Assembly (NCBI GenBank): GCA_038260305.1
Contig: JBBSNY010000010.1
Span: 582-64,581, forward strand
DNA: 64,000 bases
From: Solirubrobacterales bacterium
GTDB lineage: Bacteria > Actinomycetota > Thermoleophilia > Solirubrobacterales > Solirubrobacteraceae
Direction of reading: 5' to 3'
A program made the position numbers and the translations under genes. The notes beneath the pieces were generated by a model, which saw only the letters and a list, made by a program, of their open reading frames with translations, was not told the DNA's origin and ran no database searches. Of this stretch, positions 62,289-64,000 are shown in pieces (the stretch's first letter is position 1; every line of letters starts with the position of its first letter).

Positions 62289-62732
62289 TCAGGCCCCACG
62301 CACGACGTTGGACCAGGTCCCGGTGCAGACGGTCTCGCCGCGCTGGTTCTCCGACACCGACTCGAAGACGAAGAAGCCCGCGCCGCGGCGCTCGCTGACG
62401 TCCTTGACAGTGACGGTCGTCGCGATCTCGTCACCGGCGATGACGAGCGGGCCCCAGCGGAACTCCTGTCCGGAGTGCACTAGGCGCGAGAAGTCGATGC
62501 CGATCTCGGGATCGAACATCCCCTCGGCGACCGCCGGCATCGCGTAGACGACCGCGAACATCGGCGGTGCCACGATATCGTCGTAGCCGGCCTCGCGCGC
62601 GGCGTCGGGATCGTGGTGCAGCAGGTTGGTCTCGCCGACGGCGCGCGCGTACTCGCGCACCTTCTCGCGCCCGACCGCGTAGCCGGTCGGCGGGTAGGTC
62701 CTGCCGACGACATCGGTGTTGACGGCCATCAC
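62289..62732 (-). CDS. MaoC N-terminal-type dehydratase subunit (HadA-like)
   Basis: ORF 62289..62732(-). REYARAVGETNLLHHDPDAAREAGYDDIVAPPMF. Its stop lies 4 nt before the partner gene start. Confidence 0.85.
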   Translation of the reverse strand: MMAVNTDVVGRTYPPTGYAVGREKVREYARAVGETNLLHHDPDAAREAGYDDIVAPPMFAVVYAMPAVAEGMFDPEIGIDFSRLVHSGQEFRWGPLVIAGDEIATTVTVKDVSERRGAGFFVFESVSENQRGETVCTGTWSNVVRGA

Positions 62733-62751
62733 GCGGAGTCTAGGACGAGCG

Positions 62752-63534
62752 CTAGATGAAGCTCGGCACGCTGCCGCCGTCCGCCGACCACGCCGCGCCG
62801 GCCACCGTGCTCGCCTGCGCCGAGCACAGGAACACGATCACGGCGGCGATCTCCTCAGGCTCGGCGAAACGCCCGAGCGGGACCTTCGCCTGCTGCGCCG
62901 ACAGCGCCTCGTCGCGCGAGATGCCCCGCGCCGCGGCGGCCTGGTCGGCGAGCCCGCCGTCGGCAAGCCATAACGGCGACGTCACCGGTCCCGGCGCGAC
63001 GGCGTTGACGAGCACGCCGTCGCCGACGTAGCGATCGGCGAAGTGGCGCGACAGCGACAGCTGCGCCGCTTTCGTGACGGAGTAGGCGACGTTCGTCAGC
63101 GACGGGCGCTTGCCCGACGACGAGCAGACGTTGACGATCCGCCCGCCGCCGGCGGCCGCCATCAGCGGCGCGGCGGCGCGCATGAGCCGCATCGGCCCCA
63201 TGACGTTGAGCTCCCATTGACCCTGCCAATCGTCGTCGGTGAGCTCCTCCAGCGGGCGCACGAAGCTCGTGCCCGCGTTGTTGACGAGCACGTCGACGGC
63301 GCCGAGGCGCTCGACGCAGGCCGTCACGATGCGTTCGGCGTCGGCCGGTTCGGTGACGTCCGCGACGAGGTGCTCCGCGTCGAGCTGCGCCGCGACCGCC
63401 GTCAGCTCGTCGCAGGCGCGGGCGACGAGCAGCACGCGCGCGCCCTCCTCGCGCAGCAGCCGTGCGGTCGCGAGCCCGATGCCGCGCGTCGAGCCGGTGA
63501 CGATGCACGCCTTGTCGCGCAGGCCGAGGTCCAT
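62752..63534 (-). CDS. SDR-family oxidoreductase
   Basis: ORF 62752..63624(-), trimmed to ATG 63534. IVTGSTRGIGLA, NNAG, and the catalytic YSVTKAA. Confidence 0.9.
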   Translation of the reverse strand: MDLGLRDKACIVTGSTRGIGLATARLLREEGARVLLVARACDELTAVAAQLDAEHLVADVTEPADAERIVTACVERLGAVDVLVNNAGTSFVRPLEELTDDDWQGQWELNVMGPMRLMRAAAPLMAAAGGGRIVNVCSSSGKRPSLTNVAYSVTKAAQLSLSRHFADRYVGDGVLVNAVAPGPVTSPLWLADGGLADQAAAARGISRDEALSAQQAKVPLGRFAEPEEIAAVIVFLCSAQASTVAGAAWSADGGSVPSFI

Positions 63535-63673
63535 CGCTGCATCCTCCAACATCCGCTCGTGGCCGTGCGGGCCGGGGCCCCCCACGGAGTCGAGCGGCTT
63601 CGTGCGCGCGGTGGCGGAGTCCACGCCGCCAACGCCATGTCACAGCCGCCGGCCAGGTGCAACTGTGGGTGCG

Positions 63674-64000
63674 ATGGCCACGAGGCGGACCGACATCGAG
63701 GCGCTGTACGCCCGCCACCGCGAGCCGCTGCTGCTGTTCCTCGCCCGGCGGACGGCCGATCCACAGGTCGCCCTCGACCTCTGGGCGGAGACGTTCGCGC
63801 ACGCGGCAATCTCTCGCCGCCGGTTCCGGGGCACGAGCGACGAAGAGTCCGCCGGCTGGCTCTACGCGATCGCACGGCGCCGGCTCGCGCTCTACTACCG
63901 CCGCGGCCACGCCGAGCGCCGGATGCTCGATCGCCTGAAGCTCGAACGCACGCCGGCCGGGCCGGAGCTGCTCGCCGAGGTCGAGCGCCGCGCCGGCCTC
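63674..64000 (+). CDS. ECF-type sigma-70 family factor, N-terminal part; continues past the right edge
   Basis: Not in the ORF track (no stop). My translation from ATG 63674: MATRRTDIEALYARHREPLLLFLARRTADPQVALDLWAETFAHAAISRRRFRGTSDEESAGWLYAIARRRLALYYRRG.. This is the sigma region 2 pattern. Confidence 0.75.
   Translation, partial: MATRRTDIEALYARHREPLLLFLARRTADPQVALDLWAETFAHAAISRRRFRGTSDEESAGWLYAIARRRLALYYRRGHAERRMLDRLKLERTPAGPELLAEVERRAGL

Overview
Very GC-rich bacterial chromosomal segment. The gene content looks like Actinomycetota: F420 biosynthesis (fbiC, cofD/C/E, npdG), a LigD polymerase-domain gene, a HadAB-like MaoC pair, and a DEDD+GIY-YIG nuclease. This lineage call is inference from gene content; nothing was searched. 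I support about 70 protein-coding genes, 5 tRNAs (Pro-GGG, Gly-TCC, Trp-CCA, Leu-TAG, Leu-CAA), several pseudogenes or remnants, and several tandem or palindromic repeats. I saw no rRNA, CRISPR array, transposase or integrase. Many long ORFs in the supplied track are antisense or out-of-frame shadow ORFs typical of high-GC DNA (Arg/Ala/Pro/Gly-rich, no motifs), and I did not call them. Two edge genes missing from the track were recovered by hand: a Ser/Thr kinase at 1..439(-) and an ECF-type sigma factor at 63674..64000(+). The clearest accessory region is about 12.1-23.8 kb. It holds a DUF4143 AAA ATPase, a four-gene SMC-like operon whose order, sizes and motifs fit Wadjet type II (JetABCD; TIGR02677/02678/02680/02679), and an AbiEi antitoxin next to a decayed AbiEii toxin. 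It ends at tRNA-Pro/tRNA-Gly. A VapBC module abuts tRNA-Leu(CAA). Core regions include an F420 cluster, a three-subunit molybdenum hydroxylase, greA, a PAS histidine kinase with an OmpR regulator, PPK2, an RTX-like protein, an Ig-like repeat protein, MarR-MFS, ccr and SDR/MaoC genes. I did not find a convincingly undescribed multi-gene system; the most system-like element maps onto an already described defence family. The less expected signals are at sequence level. Short tandem duplications sit exactly on gene ends or junctions: the S4 gene stop, the jetC/jetD junction, the start of the Mo-hydroxylase large subunit, and the exonuclease C-terminus. A ~51-bp REP-like palindrome is present twice in opposite orientation. 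There are also several frameshifted or decayed genes. All start codons are best guesses and no database search or computation was run.
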